Below are positions 36,314-45,827 of a stretch of DNA of 64,000 nt, piece by piece. Position numbers and translations under genes: made by a program. The stretch's first letter is position 1. Each line of letters opens with the position of its first letter. The notes below the pieces were generated by a model that was not told the DNA's origin, searched no databases, and saw only the letters and a program-made list of their open reading frames with translations. This DNA comes from a virus (lineage: Duplodnaviria; Caudoviricetes): IMG/VR virus record IMGVR_UViG_3300026258_000271, positions 74,716 through 138,715 of that record, one strand, 5' to 3'.

Positions 36314-36751
36314 ATGGGAAGACCTATCAAAAAAAGTAAAATGGCTGGAAGTGCCTCAGGTGTAGCAGGTAACATTGCAGTTACGGCTTACAGAGCATCT
36401 GGTGGTTCAAAAGTTGACTCTACAACGGCTTATATCATAAGTCAAAGAGGATCTAAATTATTCAAGATTTCTTTGGAAGATTCAACTTCTGGCGTTTACT
36501 GTTTAAAAGCAGTAGCACCAGGTTCATTATCAGCGTCTCCACCAAACGGATCTGCAGGTGAATTCTGTGTACAGATGATTCTAAATGACTCAACTGTTGC
36601 ATACGTAGAGAAATTCTACAACAACACAGTACACTATGTTGATGCCGCAGGAAACACAGGTGTTACAAAATACACACTTGGAACTGAGACAACTGACGAA
36701 GGACAAGCAGGCGCAGGAATTGGTAACATCGACGTTATCACAGACCAGTAA
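36314..36751 (+). CDS. Putative virion structural protein
   Basis: 145 aa starting MGRPIKK, with YIISQRGSKLF; strong SD, own late promoter and terminator. Confidence 0.6.
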   Translation: MGRPIKKSKMAGSASGVAGNIAVTAYRASGGSKVDSTTAYIISQRGSKLFKISLEDSTSGVYCLKAVAPGSLSASPPNGSAGEFCVQMILNDSTVAYVEKFYNNTVHYVDAAGNTGVTKYTLGTETTDEGQAGAGIGNIDVITDQ

Positions 36752-36771
36752 TAGGGAACACGTGCTTATAA

Positions 36772-36800
36772 GAGGGGGGAGTTTCGGCTTCCCCCTTTTT
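36772..36800 (+). terminator. Intrinsic terminator
   Basis: GGGGGAGT-ttcg-GCTTCCCCC plus T-run. Confidence 0.8.
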
Positions 36801-36818
36801 CTATATAAATAACAACAA

Positions 36819-38045
36819 ATGGCTAAAACTCTACGTACATCAGGTGATTACACCATAAAAGCAGGCGACGGGTACAACTCGGGATCTGGAGCAAACACAA
36901 TCAATCTTGACAGTTTGAATGTAAGCGTAACTGGTAACCTCACAGTAGGCGGATCAACTTCGACCATAAGCACTACAAACACAACAGTAGAAGACAACAT
37001 ATTAGAATTAAACACAGGCGCAACAGCAAACAGTAACAATGCTGGAATAATAATAGAGCGAGGATCAACAGGCGACAACGCCGCAATCATCTGGAAAGAG
37101 GACACAGATACTTTTATATTAGGTACAACAACAGCAACGGCGGCAGACAAATCAAGTTCATTATCGGTTACCGCAGGGGCGTTACAGACTGGGGCCTTGA
37201 CAGCAACAACAGGAACGTTCAGTGGCGCTGTCACAAGTGCAGGTTCAACAGTAACAGGAAACTTCACTGCAGGCTCAGTAACAACAAACGAGATCGAAGG
37301 CAATGGTTCAAACGCGGCTATCACAGTAGCGTCATCAGGCACAGGAGATATAACTTTAGACGCTGGTGGAGATATAATACTAGACGCAGACAACGCCGAC
37401 ATAAAATTACAAGACGGTGGTGTAGAATTTGGTAGAATAAGCAGAGTAACTTCAGACCTAGTCATTAAAAGCATGGGCGACAACAATGATATATTGTTCA
37501 AAGGAGTAGATGACTCGGCCACAATCACAGCATTAACACTTGACATGAGTGCGGCAGGTGCCGCAACTTTCAATGACATGGTCACCATTGGTGGATCATT
37601 CAAAAAAGCAATACACACATTCACAGGCGATGACGCAATCACAGAAGTAGAACACGCAGGAAGAACACTATTACTAGGAGAAGTAGGTGGTAATGCCAAT
37701 GTTGTTCTAACACTTCCAGATGCGACAGGTTCAGGAAACATCTATCATTTCATAGTAAGCGTTGCAATGGGAGGATCAACAACGTACAAAATTCAAGTTC
37801 CAGATGCTGATAACACGATAACAGGACAGATCATGTACCTCGACGAAGACGGCACAGCAGTTACATCGTTTCCAACTGTGGCGGCATCGGACACAATTAC
37901 ATTGAACAGTGGCACACAAGGTGGACTAGTTGGTGACACACTAACACTTATCGACATTGCCGCAGACAAATACGCAGTGTCAGGTAATATGAGAGTGGCG
38001 GCGGGTGCCAATCCATCAACACCATTTACTGCCGCGGTAAGTTAA
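36819..38045 (+). CDS. Fibre/structural protein
   Basis: Gly/Thr/Ser-rich beta-repeat composition with a GNLTVGG...VEDNILELN...AGIIIERG fibre module. Confidence 0.7.
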   Translation: MAKTLRTSGDYTIKAGDGYNSGSGANTINLDSLNVSVTGNLTVGGSTSTISTTNTTVEDNILELNTGATANSNNAGIIIERGSTGDNAAIIWKEDTDTFILGTTTATAADKSSSLSVTAGALQTGALTATTGTFSGAVTSAGSTVTGNFTAGSVTTNEIEGNGSNAAITVASSGTGDITLDAGGDIILDADNADIKLQDGGVEFGRISRVTSDLVIKSMGDNNDILFKGVDDSATITALTLDMSAAGAATFNDMVTIGGSFKKAIHTFTGDDAITEVEHAGRTLLLGEVGGNANVVLTLPDATGSGNIYHFIVSVAMGGSTTYKIQVPDADNTITGQIMYLDEDGTAVTSFPTVAASDTITLNSGTQGGLVGDTLTLIDIAADKYAVSGNMRVAAGANPSTPFTAAVS

Positions 38046-38048
38046 TAG

Positions 38049-38492
38049 ATGAGATACAAGGAAATTGACATCAACATAAAAGCAATTCCTGATAAGGAAG
38101 ACGAAGCATTGTTAAATCAATTGATGGGTGCTAAAGGTGTATCAGTGTCAGACGCTGATGATAAAACAGAACCTTCAACAGACAATAGCGATAACCCAGG
38201 TAAGGTTGCGTCAGATGATCCGAACACAGTAGCAACAGTTTTCCCACCACAACAAGAATTAGAAATGAAGAAGAAAGAAGCGGGTAAAGACATTGCCCAA
38301 TTTGATAATATCGTACAAGATGCAGATGACAAAGCACCGGATCAAGAAGCGAGAGTTGACGAACCTTTGGTAAAGCAACCTGAACTTACTGGTGGAGATC
38401 AACCAGGTGTACCTGCTGAAATGAAGAAGAAACAACCAAAGACAGAAAGTGAATTCATTCAAAGACTAAAAACATTATCTGGCCAAAACTAA
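38049..38492 (+). CDS. Hypothetical acidic protein, possibly an internal head protein
   Basis: 147 aa with VFPPQQELEMKKK; ends QRLKTLSGQN. Confidence 0.6.
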   Translation: MRYKEIDINIKAIPDKEDEALLNQLMGAKGVSVSDADDKTEPSTDNSDNPGKVASDDPNTVATVFPPQQELEMKKKEAGKDIAQFDNIVQDADDKAPDQEARVDEPLVKQPELTGGDQPGVPAEMKKKQPKTESEFIQRLKTLSGQN

Positions 38493-38501
38493 GGAGCGTA
38501 C

Positions 38502-39443
38502 ATGGCATTCAGGAAACTAGTAGGGTCCTACAAAGATTACAACTTATCAACACACATCTTGGAAGACGGTTATCTAGCAGTAGATGTAGATACAGGTAGT
38601 TTAAGATTAGGTGATGGAACAACAGCCGGCGGTATTTCTGTTGGTGGAGGTGGTGGAGGTGGCTCCGCATCTGGATTAAAATTTGGAGACACTACATCAT
38701 CAACTATTTCAATTGCCGATGGTGCCACGTTAAATCTTGTTGGTACAGGCGGTGTTACTGCAACAGTCAGTGGCGACACTTTGACCATTGATGGTTCAGG
38801 TGTTTCGGGAGGTGGCGGAGGTGCCAGCAGTCTTGGAGATTTGACTGCTGTTGGATCAACTTTAACTGCACCGAGCAATGCTGACCTTACTCTCGTGTCC
38901 AGCAATGGAAATGTTGTAATTGAAGGAATCAGAATAGCAGGAACCACAATATCAACTGAAGATTCAAGTCCAGGTATCGAAATATCAGGTAATCTTATAC
39001 CTAGTCAGGACGGAGTATTCCAACTTGGATCCTCAACACGTAGATGGCAGACAGCATATCTATCAGCAGAAACAATTGATCTAGGTGGAGCAACCATATC
39101 ATCAGATGGAACAGGTACAATCGAAATTGCGGCAACAGGTGCTACACTGCCTGAAGGATCTAAAGTAAAATCAGGTGTTACAACGCAAAATATACAGTTG
39201 CAAGGAAAAACTTCTGCAACAGCAAACAGACCTATACAGTTAGTAAAAGTATTTGTAAGTGACGGCACTACCACATTCACAGACGCAGAACTTTTGGCCA
39301 AAGAAGGCGATCTGGAGTTGGAATTCAACGGCACAATCGAAGAAATTCCTGTTTATACAGAAGCACAACAAACATTTACATTATCAAACGGTACTTCTCT
39401 ACAATCACAATACAGCACTAGAAACACGCTGTTTCAATTTTAA
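38502..39443 (+). CDS. Fibre/structural protein
   Basis: LRLGDGTTAGG tropism-determinant-like N-terminus, Gly linkers and GNLIPS...LGSSTRRW fibre motif. Confidence 0.7.
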   Translation: MAFRKLVGSYKDYNLSTHILEDGYLAVDVDTGSLRLGDGTTAGGISVGGGGGGGSASGLKFGDTTSSTISIADGATLNLVGTGGVTATVSGDTLTIDGSGVSGGGGGASSLGDLTAVGSTLTAPSNADLTLVSSNGNVVIEGIRIAGTTISTEDSSPGIEISGNLIPSQDGVFQLGSSTRRWQTAYLSAETIDLGGATISSDGTGTIEIAATGATLPEGSKVKSGVTTQNIQLQGKTSATANRPIQLVKVFVSDGTTTFTDAELLAKEGDLELEFNGTIEEIPVYTEAQQTFTLSNGTSLQSQYSTRNTLFQF

Positions 39444-39521
39444 TCTTACGATAAATATCTACAATATAAAGGAAATGAATGCATTCCGTGAGTTCAAGAA
39501 GGCGGAGCACAGAATTGAGTT

Positions 39522-41459
39522 ATGGCTGATAAAACACCGGTACGAGTAGTCTTTAATGCATCTAATGTAGCCACGGGGATGGCAGAATTCCAATCGGGGG
39601 AAACGGTACCAGTAGCAAATGGTGGTACAGGCCTTTCATCAATTGGTTCAGCAGGACAGGTTTTAAAAGTAAATGCGGCAGGATCTGGTTTAGAATTTGG
39701 CGCTGAGGGTGACATCTCAATTACAAACTTGGTAGCACCAACTAACGCAGATTTAACATTCACAACATCAGGCACAGGAAACATTGTTCTTGATGCAGTC
39801 ACAGTAAGGGGCACAACTTTTAGTGCCGCTGACTCAACTAAAATTACAATAGCAGAAGCACTTGATGTAACAGGTGCTTTGACATTTTCAGGACTTACAC
39901 TTCCAACATCAGATGGAACAGTAGGGCAATTTTTAAAAACAGATGGATCAGGCACATTATCATTTGCAAGTGTTTCGGTAGGTGATTTAGATATAGTTGG
40001 ATCATCGATAGCCTCGCCAAGCAACGCAGATTTGACTTTGGACCCAAGCGGTTCAGGTAGCATTAAATTGAACGCCGCGACCGATGTAACAGGTACATTA
40101 ACAGCAACATCTTTAAACATTGCCAGCGATGGTGCGACAGTGACAGGCATCAAAGATGAAGATAACATGGCGTCCGATAGTGCAACAAAATTGGCAACAC
40201 AGCAATCTATAAAAGCATTTGTTGAAAGTGGCACACATACATTAACAAATAAAACTTTAACGAATCCAACAATCAATGCATTCACTGGCACAGGCAATGG
40301 CAGTATAACAGGAACTTTAAGTATTGCAAACACAACTACAGACGATTCGTTATTGCTTACAAGCACAGAAGATTCAAACAGTGGGGCACCAGTTTTAACT
40401 TTAAAGAGAAACAGTTCAAGTCCGGCGGATGCCGACTACCTGGGTAGGATCAAATTCAAAGGTGAGAATGATGCAGATCAGGAAGTTCAGTACGGATCTA
40501 TATCAGGAAAAATACTAGATGCTTCGGATGGTACAGAAGATGGTGCGATAGAATTCAATGTAAAGAAAGCAGGCTCAAATAATATCGCAGTAAGAATTAA
40601 TAGTGACACAGTAAAATTATTGAACAATACTGATTTAGAAGTGCATGGATTAACTTATCCAACTTCTGATGGTTCCGCAGGTCAATTCATGACCACAGAT
40701 GGATCGGGTAATTTATCCTTTGCAAGTGTATCGGTTGGTGACTTTACTTTCACAGGCTCAACAATGAGCTCACCATCAAATGCAGATATTACTTTAGACC
40801 CAAGTGGATCTGGTGACATTCAATTGAAAGCAAACACAGTCATAACAGGAAATTTGACGGTATCAGGTACGCAGACTACACTTGAAACAACAACATTAGT
40901 TGTTGAAGATCCGTTGTTAGAAATGGCGAAAAATAATTCAGGTGGTATAGCAAATACCATGGACCAAGGATTATTTTTCAACAGAGGATCATTGGCCAAT
41001 GTTTCATTCCTGTGGGATGAATCCGCTGATGAATTTGCTTTTGCCGTTACTTCAGGAGAGGACGGAACTACTACAGGAAATGTAACAATTGACTCTTATG
41101 CGAACTTAAGAGTAGGCACAGTTAGTACAACAGGAAACGTTGTGCTTGGCGAAGATGCCGTGGTTGTATTCGAAGGTGCAAGTGATAATACTAACGAGAC
41201 AACTTTAACAGTAGTTGATCCAACAGCAGATAGAACAATTAGTTTACCAAATAAATCAGGTACTCTTGCCATGGATACGGATTTAAATTTCCCTGCATCA
41301 ACACTAGCGGCACACCCAGCCGCATCTGGAGACGCTGATTTAGGCTCTAATTTAACTGCCGCAGTACTTGATGCTTTTGGCATACCAGTTGATAACATAT
41401 ACGACATGGTTGAGCCAAGGGGATCCACATCAACCGTCGATTTAGGGGCGTTTAGTTAA
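39522..41459 (+). CDS. Tail fibre-like protein
   Basis: VPVANGGTG, repeated PTSDG-x-GQF-x-TDGSG-x-LSF and SNADLTL modules. Confidence 0.75.
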   Translation: MADKTPVRVVFNASNVATGMAEFQSGETVPVANGGTGLSSIGSAGQVLKVNAAGSGLEFGAEGDISITNLVAPTNADLTFTTSGTGNIVLDAVTVRGTTFSAADSTKITIAEALDVTGALTFSGLTLPTSDGTVGQFLKTDGSGTLSFASVSVGDLDIVGSSIASPSNADLTLDPSGSGSIKLNAATDVTGTLTATSLNIASDGATVTGIKDEDNMASDSATKLATQQSIKAFVESGTHTLTNKTLTNPTINAFTGTGNGSITGTLSIANTTTDDSLLLTSTEDSNSGAPVLTLKRNSSSPADADYLGRIKFKGENDADQEVQYGSISGKILDASDGTEDGAIEFNVKKAGSNNIAVRINSDTVKLLNNTDLEVHGLTYPTSDGSAGQFMTTDGSGNLSFASVSVGDFTFTGSTMSSPSNADITLDPSGSGDIQLKANTVITGNLTVSGTQTTLETTTLVVEDPLLEMAKNNSGGIANTMDQGLFFNRGSLANVSFLWDESADEFAFAVTSGEDGTTTGNVTIDSYANLRVGTVSTTGNVVLGEDAVVVFEGASDNTNETTLTVVDPTADRTISLPNKSGTLAMDTDLNFPASTLAAHPAASGDADLGSNLTAAVLDAFGIPVDNIYDMVEPRGSTSTVDLGAFS

Positions 41460-41507
41460 TATGTTCATAACAATAAATATAAGCAATAAGGAAAATAGGA
41501 ATTAAAA

Positions 41508-43646
41508 ATGCCAACAGCACTGCAATTTAGACGGGGAACGACATCACAAAACAACTCATTTACAGGAGTTGTGGGTGAACTTACTGTCGACACAGATCTA
41601 GATACAATCGTAGTACATGATGGCTCAACAGCAGGTGGTTTTCAAATTACCCAAAATAATGCTGTACAAACTTTAACAAATAAAACACTTACAAATCCAA
41701 CAATTAATGGTGGTACATTCAGTGGTACATTCACTGGTACAATATCACCCGGACAGGTTACAACCAATTCAATTATATCTAATGGTTCGAATGCAGATAT
41801 CAGCATCCAACCTAGCGGCACAGGTGATATACTATTAAGTGCATTAAGAGTAAATGGAACAACATTAGACAGTTCAGACTCAACGAAAATCACAATAGCA
41901 GAAAATGTTGATGTTACAGGAACTTTAAGCGTAGAAGGAGCATTGAGTTCATCTACAAGTTTAGCATTAGCCTCAGGAGCAACAGTAACAGGTATTGCCG
42001 ACGAAGACAACATGTCAAGCAACAGTAACACATTGTTAGCAACACAGCAGTCAATCAAAGCGTATGTAGATGCACAACTAACAGCAGAAGATCTTGACTT
42101 CCAAGCAGACTCAGGTGGTGCATTAGCAATCGATCTAGACAGCGAAACAATGACATTTACTGGTGGCACAGGTATTGACACATCAGGATCAGGCAACACA
42201 ATTACATTCGCGATAGACTCTACCGTTGCCACACTCACAGGGTCACAAACACTTACGAACAAAGTGTTAACATCACCAACGATTGCTACACCTACAATAA
42301 CCGGCAATGCTACAATTGGAGAGATTACAACAAATAAAATTACATCAAATGGATCAAACGCAGAATTATCACTACAAGCAAGTGGTACAGGAGATGTCTT
42401 AATCAGTGCATTAAGAGTAAATGGAACAACATTAGATTCAGCGGATTCAACAAAGATTACAATAGCAGAGGCACTAGATGTAACAGGTGCTTTGGTTTAC
42501 AATGGCTTTACAATGCCGACTACAGACGGTTCAGATGGACAAGCAATCGTTACAGACGGTTCTAAAACTTTAAGTTTTGCAACAGTAAGCACAGAATCTA
42601 ACGCTTCAGATGACACAACTGCAACTGCTGTTACACAATTACAAATCAGCAACAGTGCAAAAACTATTGACTCATTTGTATCTAGTTTCCAAGACAGTGC
42701 ATTATACTATTGTGTATCAAAAGATTACAATACAGATACAGTAAACATTCAGAAAGTTTCATTATGCCACAACGACAGCGATGCATTTGTATCGGCAGTT
42801 GGTGCGAAATCAGGTACCAACACAGCAGGCACAGACATGACGGCATTCACAGCGGCACTAACAAATGGTATCGTACAATTGAAAGCACAGACTCCAAATG
42901 CGGCGGGAGGTGCAATATCTTTCCTACAGTTTGGGTTAGGAGATAACACATCTGCAGGCACATCAGGCAACGTGATTATCACACAGAATACAGATGTTGA
43001 TTCAGCATCAGAATCACTTGTTAGTTTTGCTCATTCAACTTTTAGAGGTGCAAAATTGTTTATATCAATTAACAACAATGCTAAAACTGAAGTTGGAAAC
43101 ATGGAAGCACTTGTTGTGCATGATGGCAGTGATGCATATATTTTACCATACAATGGAATGCAATCAGGAGACAATCCACTGCTAACATTAACAGCGGCAA
43201 TTGACGGAAGTAACGTTGTTGTCTCAGCGGCAGGTGGTGAACCAAACTTGAGGGTTACTGTTTCTGCAATTATGTTGAAAGACACAATGACAGCAACAGG
43301 TACACAATTTGATAACATCCTTGCTATTGCTCCGGTGACAGTTTCTTCAACTGCAACTGAAATAGACGCAATGCCGGCCGATGCTAACAACGGAGCAGTG
43401 TATTACTGTGTTAGTAAAAATACTGCTGAAGGTTCTTATGCCGTGCATGAAGTTTTCCTAGCACTTGGGCCAGGAGATGCAACTGTGGCAAGTGGACCGT
43501 ATGTTAGTACAAAAGGTACACACCAACTAGATTTTACTGCTGAATACAAAAGCACAGGAAAAAACACAGGTGCTTTGAAGGCATCTTCTACTTCTGGTGC
43601 ATCAACTACTGTAAGTTCGTATAGAATAAACGCATTAGCGAAATAG
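41508..43646 (+). CDS. Tail fibre-like protein with a major-tropism-determinant N-terminus
   Basis: LQFRRGT...GELTVDTD...HDGSTAGG N-terminus, internal duplicated modules and three related C-terminal domains. Confidence 0.75.
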   Translation: MPTALQFRRGTTSQNNSFTGVVGELTVDTDLDTIVVHDGSTAGGFQITQNNAVQTLTNKTLTNPTINGGTFSGTFTGTISPGQVTTNSIISNGSNADISIQPSGTGDILLSALRVNGTTLDSSDSTKITIAENVDVTGTLSVEGALSSSTSLALASGATVTGIADEDNMSSNSNTLLATQQSIKAYVDAQLTAEDLDFQADSGGALAIDLDSETMTFTGGTGIDTSGSGNTITFAIDSTVATLTGSQTLTNKVLTSPTIATPTITGNATIGEITTNKITSNGSNAELSLQASGTGDVLISALRVNGTTLDSADSTKITIAEALDVTGALVYNGFTMPTTDGSDGQAIVTDGSKTLSFATVSTESNASDDTTATAVTQLQISNSAKTIDSFVSSFQDSALYYCVSKDYNTDTVNIQKVSLCHNDSDAFVSAVGAKSGTNTAGTDMTAFTAALTNGIVQLKAQTPNAAGGAISFLQFGLGDNTSAGTSGNVIITQNTDVDSASESLVSFAHSTFRGAKLFISINNNAKTEVGNMEALVVHDGSDAYILPYNGMQSGDNPLLTLTAAIDGSNVVVSAAGGEPNLRVTVSAIMLKDTMTATGTQFDNILAIAPVTVSSTATEIDAMPADANNGAVYYCVSKNTAEGSYAVHEVFLALGPGDATVASGPYVSTKGTHQLDFTAEYKSTGKNTGALKASSTSGASTTVSSYRINALAK

Positions 43647-43703
43647 CATCAAATCATTATAAATACAGTACATTAACAACAATCATGCGGGAGATATGGA
43701 ACC

Positions 43704-44741
43704 ATGACAACACGTAACTTTAGAGTTAACAACGGTATTGAAGTAGGCGATATTACGATATCAGCATCTACTAATAAAATTACCGGCGGTAGCACAGCGG
43801 CACCATCAGGAGACGGTGATTTCGCTAACAAAAAATACGTCGACGATTCAATCGCGGCGGTATCAACAACTGCAATTTCGCAACTTAACACATCAGTAGC
43901 ATGTACAGACACAGGTACAGACGGAAAAGTCTTGATCACTTGTGACGGTAATGCTGAATTAACAATTACTGATTCAGGTGTAAGAGTACACGGCGACTTG
44001 ACAGTAGACGGAAGTGAAACTGTAATTAACACAGCGACACTATCAGTTGAGGACAACATCATCGAAGTAAACAGAAACATTTCATCTAATTCAGGAATGC
44101 CTGCTTACTCAGGATTAAAAATTAACAGAGGTCAAACATCAGCGGCGACAGAACAAGACTTGTTCTGGGTATGGGATGAAGGCTTTAACGATGGCGACAG
44201 TACTATATTTGGTAATGCAGGCGGTGCCTTTACGGCATTGAGAGCATCAACAGGTACAGACAACCAATCTGAAATTACATCAACAGAGACCAATTTGGTT
44301 GATATAAGATGTAATGTGGTACACGCCCTAGCAACTTCGGCCCAGTACGCGGACGTTGCCGAGCGTTTCGAAGCAGACGCTCCTATGTCAGCAGGCGCAG
44401 TAGTAATGGTAGGCGGTGAAGCAGAAATCACAGAAACAACATCAGAATTATCTGATCAAGTTTTTGGTGTTATATCTGATAATCCAGCATATGCCATGAA
44501 CGCGGCGGCAGGTAACAACGAATCACATCCTTTCGTTGCAATGACTGGAAGAACTCCAGTAAGAGTAACAGGAGAAGTAACTAAAGGACAAAGATTAGTT
44601 AGTTCAACAGTAAAAGGTTGTGCAAGAGCAGTAGCAACAGGTGAATCAATTTCACCATTCCAAGTTATTGGTAGAGCATTAGAAAGTTCAACAGACGCAG
44701 GTATCAAATTGGTAAACTGTGCAGTGAGAACAAACAACTAA
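43704..44741 (+). CDS. Fibre protein with a C-terminal peptidase G2-like intramolecular chaperone
   Basis: YADVAERF...VFGVIS-x2-PAY-x-MN...VAMTGRTPVRV-x-G-x-V-x-KG motif. Confidence 0.7.
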   Translation: MTTRNFRVNNGIEVGDITISASTNKITGGSTAAPSGDGDFANKKYVDDSIAAVSTTAISQLNTSVACTDTGTDGKVLITCDGNAELTITDSGVRVHGDLTVDGSETVINTATLSVEDNIIEVNRNISSNSGMPAYSGLKINRGQTSAATEQDLFWVWDEGFNDGDSTIFGNAGGAFTALRASTGTDNQSEITSTETNLVDIRCNVVHALATSAQYADVAERFEADAPMSAGAVVMVGGEAEITETTSELSDQVFGVISDNPAYAMNAAAGNNESHPFVAMTGRTPVRVTGEVTKGQRLVSSTVKGCARAVATGESISPFQVIGRALESSTDAGIKLVNCAVRTNN

Positions 44742-44769
44742 TAAATAATTTTACTTTTTAGTAGAACAT

Positions 44770-44799
44770 AAAGGGCGGTGGAAACATCGCCCTTTTTTT
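44770..44799 (+). terminator. Intrinsic terminator
   Basis: AAAGGGCGGTG-gaaa-CATCGCCCTTT plus T-run. Confidence 0.85.
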
Positions 44800-45372
44800 A
44801 TGACTTTACAAACAGACGGCACAGATAAAAATGGCAACTATGATATTCTTCATGAATATCTGCGTGGAAAACATTTACGCAGGTTAATAGACATTGGTGC
44901 ATGGTGGGGGCCATGGTCACTGTTTTGGCAACCACGTGCAGAGAAAATTGAAATTTTTGAACCAAACAAAAGGATCTTGCCAATGTTAGAAAATAACATT
45001 TCCGAATTTTCTAATTGCACACTACACAAAACAGCATTGGGTAACTACCAGGGAAAAGTGTCAATGGAGTATGAATCACACTCTGGAACAAATCATATCA
45101 CTAAATTAAGTGGTGATGTAAATTTGACAACGCTAGACAGTTTTAAATTTGAAAACGTAGATGTGATAAAAATTGATGTTGAAGGTTATGAAATTTCGGT
45201 ACTTGAAGGTGCAAAAGAAACAGTGATGAGGGAGAAACCAATAATTCAAATAGAAGCAAATAAGTCGGGAAAAAGATACGGAAAGACTAAAATTGACATA
45301 CTTGAAATGCTTTCAGGTTGGGGAATGAAAAGATTAATAAAAAAATGGCCCGACCAAGTGTGGGCGTTTTAA
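44800..45372 (+). CDS. FkbM-family methyltransferase
   Basis: IDIGAWWG, FEP and IKIDVEGYE-x2-VLEGA motifs. Confidence 0.85.
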   Translation: MTLQTDGTDKNGNYDILHEYLRGKHLRRLIDIGAWWGPWSLFWQPRAEKIEIFEPNKRILPMLENNISEFSNCTLHKTALGNYQGKVSMEYESHSGTNHITKLSGDVNLTTLDSFKFENVDVIKIDVEGYEISVLEGAKETVMREKPIIQIEANKSGKRYGKTKIDILEMLSGWGMKRLIKKWPDQVWAF

Positions 45373-45797
45373 ACAATCAAATCGAGAATAGTTTGAAGTT
45401 TACCTTTAATACTTTTATTATTAAGAGTGTTCCTTAAACCCATGTGTAGATTCTTAGGCCAACACTCAAAAGAAGTCCAACAGTATCCTGAATGTTCTCC
45501 ATTTAGTTTAGGTATAAATTCTGTTTCTAGTGCAATTAGATAAGTGTGAAAATAAAATTTTTGATCGTTTGATGTAAACATTTCTAAAGGAATTACTTTT
45601 TTGAACTTAGGTGTTGCACCAACTTCTTCCTCAATTTCTCTCTTTAGTCCTTCAAACGCACTCTCAGAATACTTCGCCTGTCCACCGACCAATCCCCACA
45701 TGCCTTGTGTTTTCTTTGCTGTCCTCTGCAGAAATAAAAAACGTTTGGTGCTAGTAGAATAGAACAACGCTCCAGAACAAATTATATTTTCTTTCAT
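45369..45797 (-). CDS. NUDIX hydrolase
   Basis: Nudix box GG-x4-ESAFEGLKREIEEEVG. Upstream sigma70-type promoter: TTGATA (45831-45826), 17 nt, TATAAT (45808-45803). Confidence 0.88.
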   Translation of the reverse strand: MKENIICSGALFYSTSTKRFLFLQRTAKKTQGMWGLVGGQAKYSESAFEGLKREIEEEVGATPKFKKVIPLEMFTSNDQKFYFHTYLIALETEFIPKLNGEHSGYCWTSFECWPKNLHMGLRNTLNNKSIKGKLQTILDLIV

Positions 45798-45827
45798 AAT
45801 ATATTATAACAATTTAACAAAAAATTA

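Noticed and set aside
41838-42494. Diversity-generating retroelement template/variable repeats in the fibre genes
   Set aside because: The repeats are short, in-frame protein modules, the mismatches are not confined to adenines, and there is no reverse transcriptase in the window.
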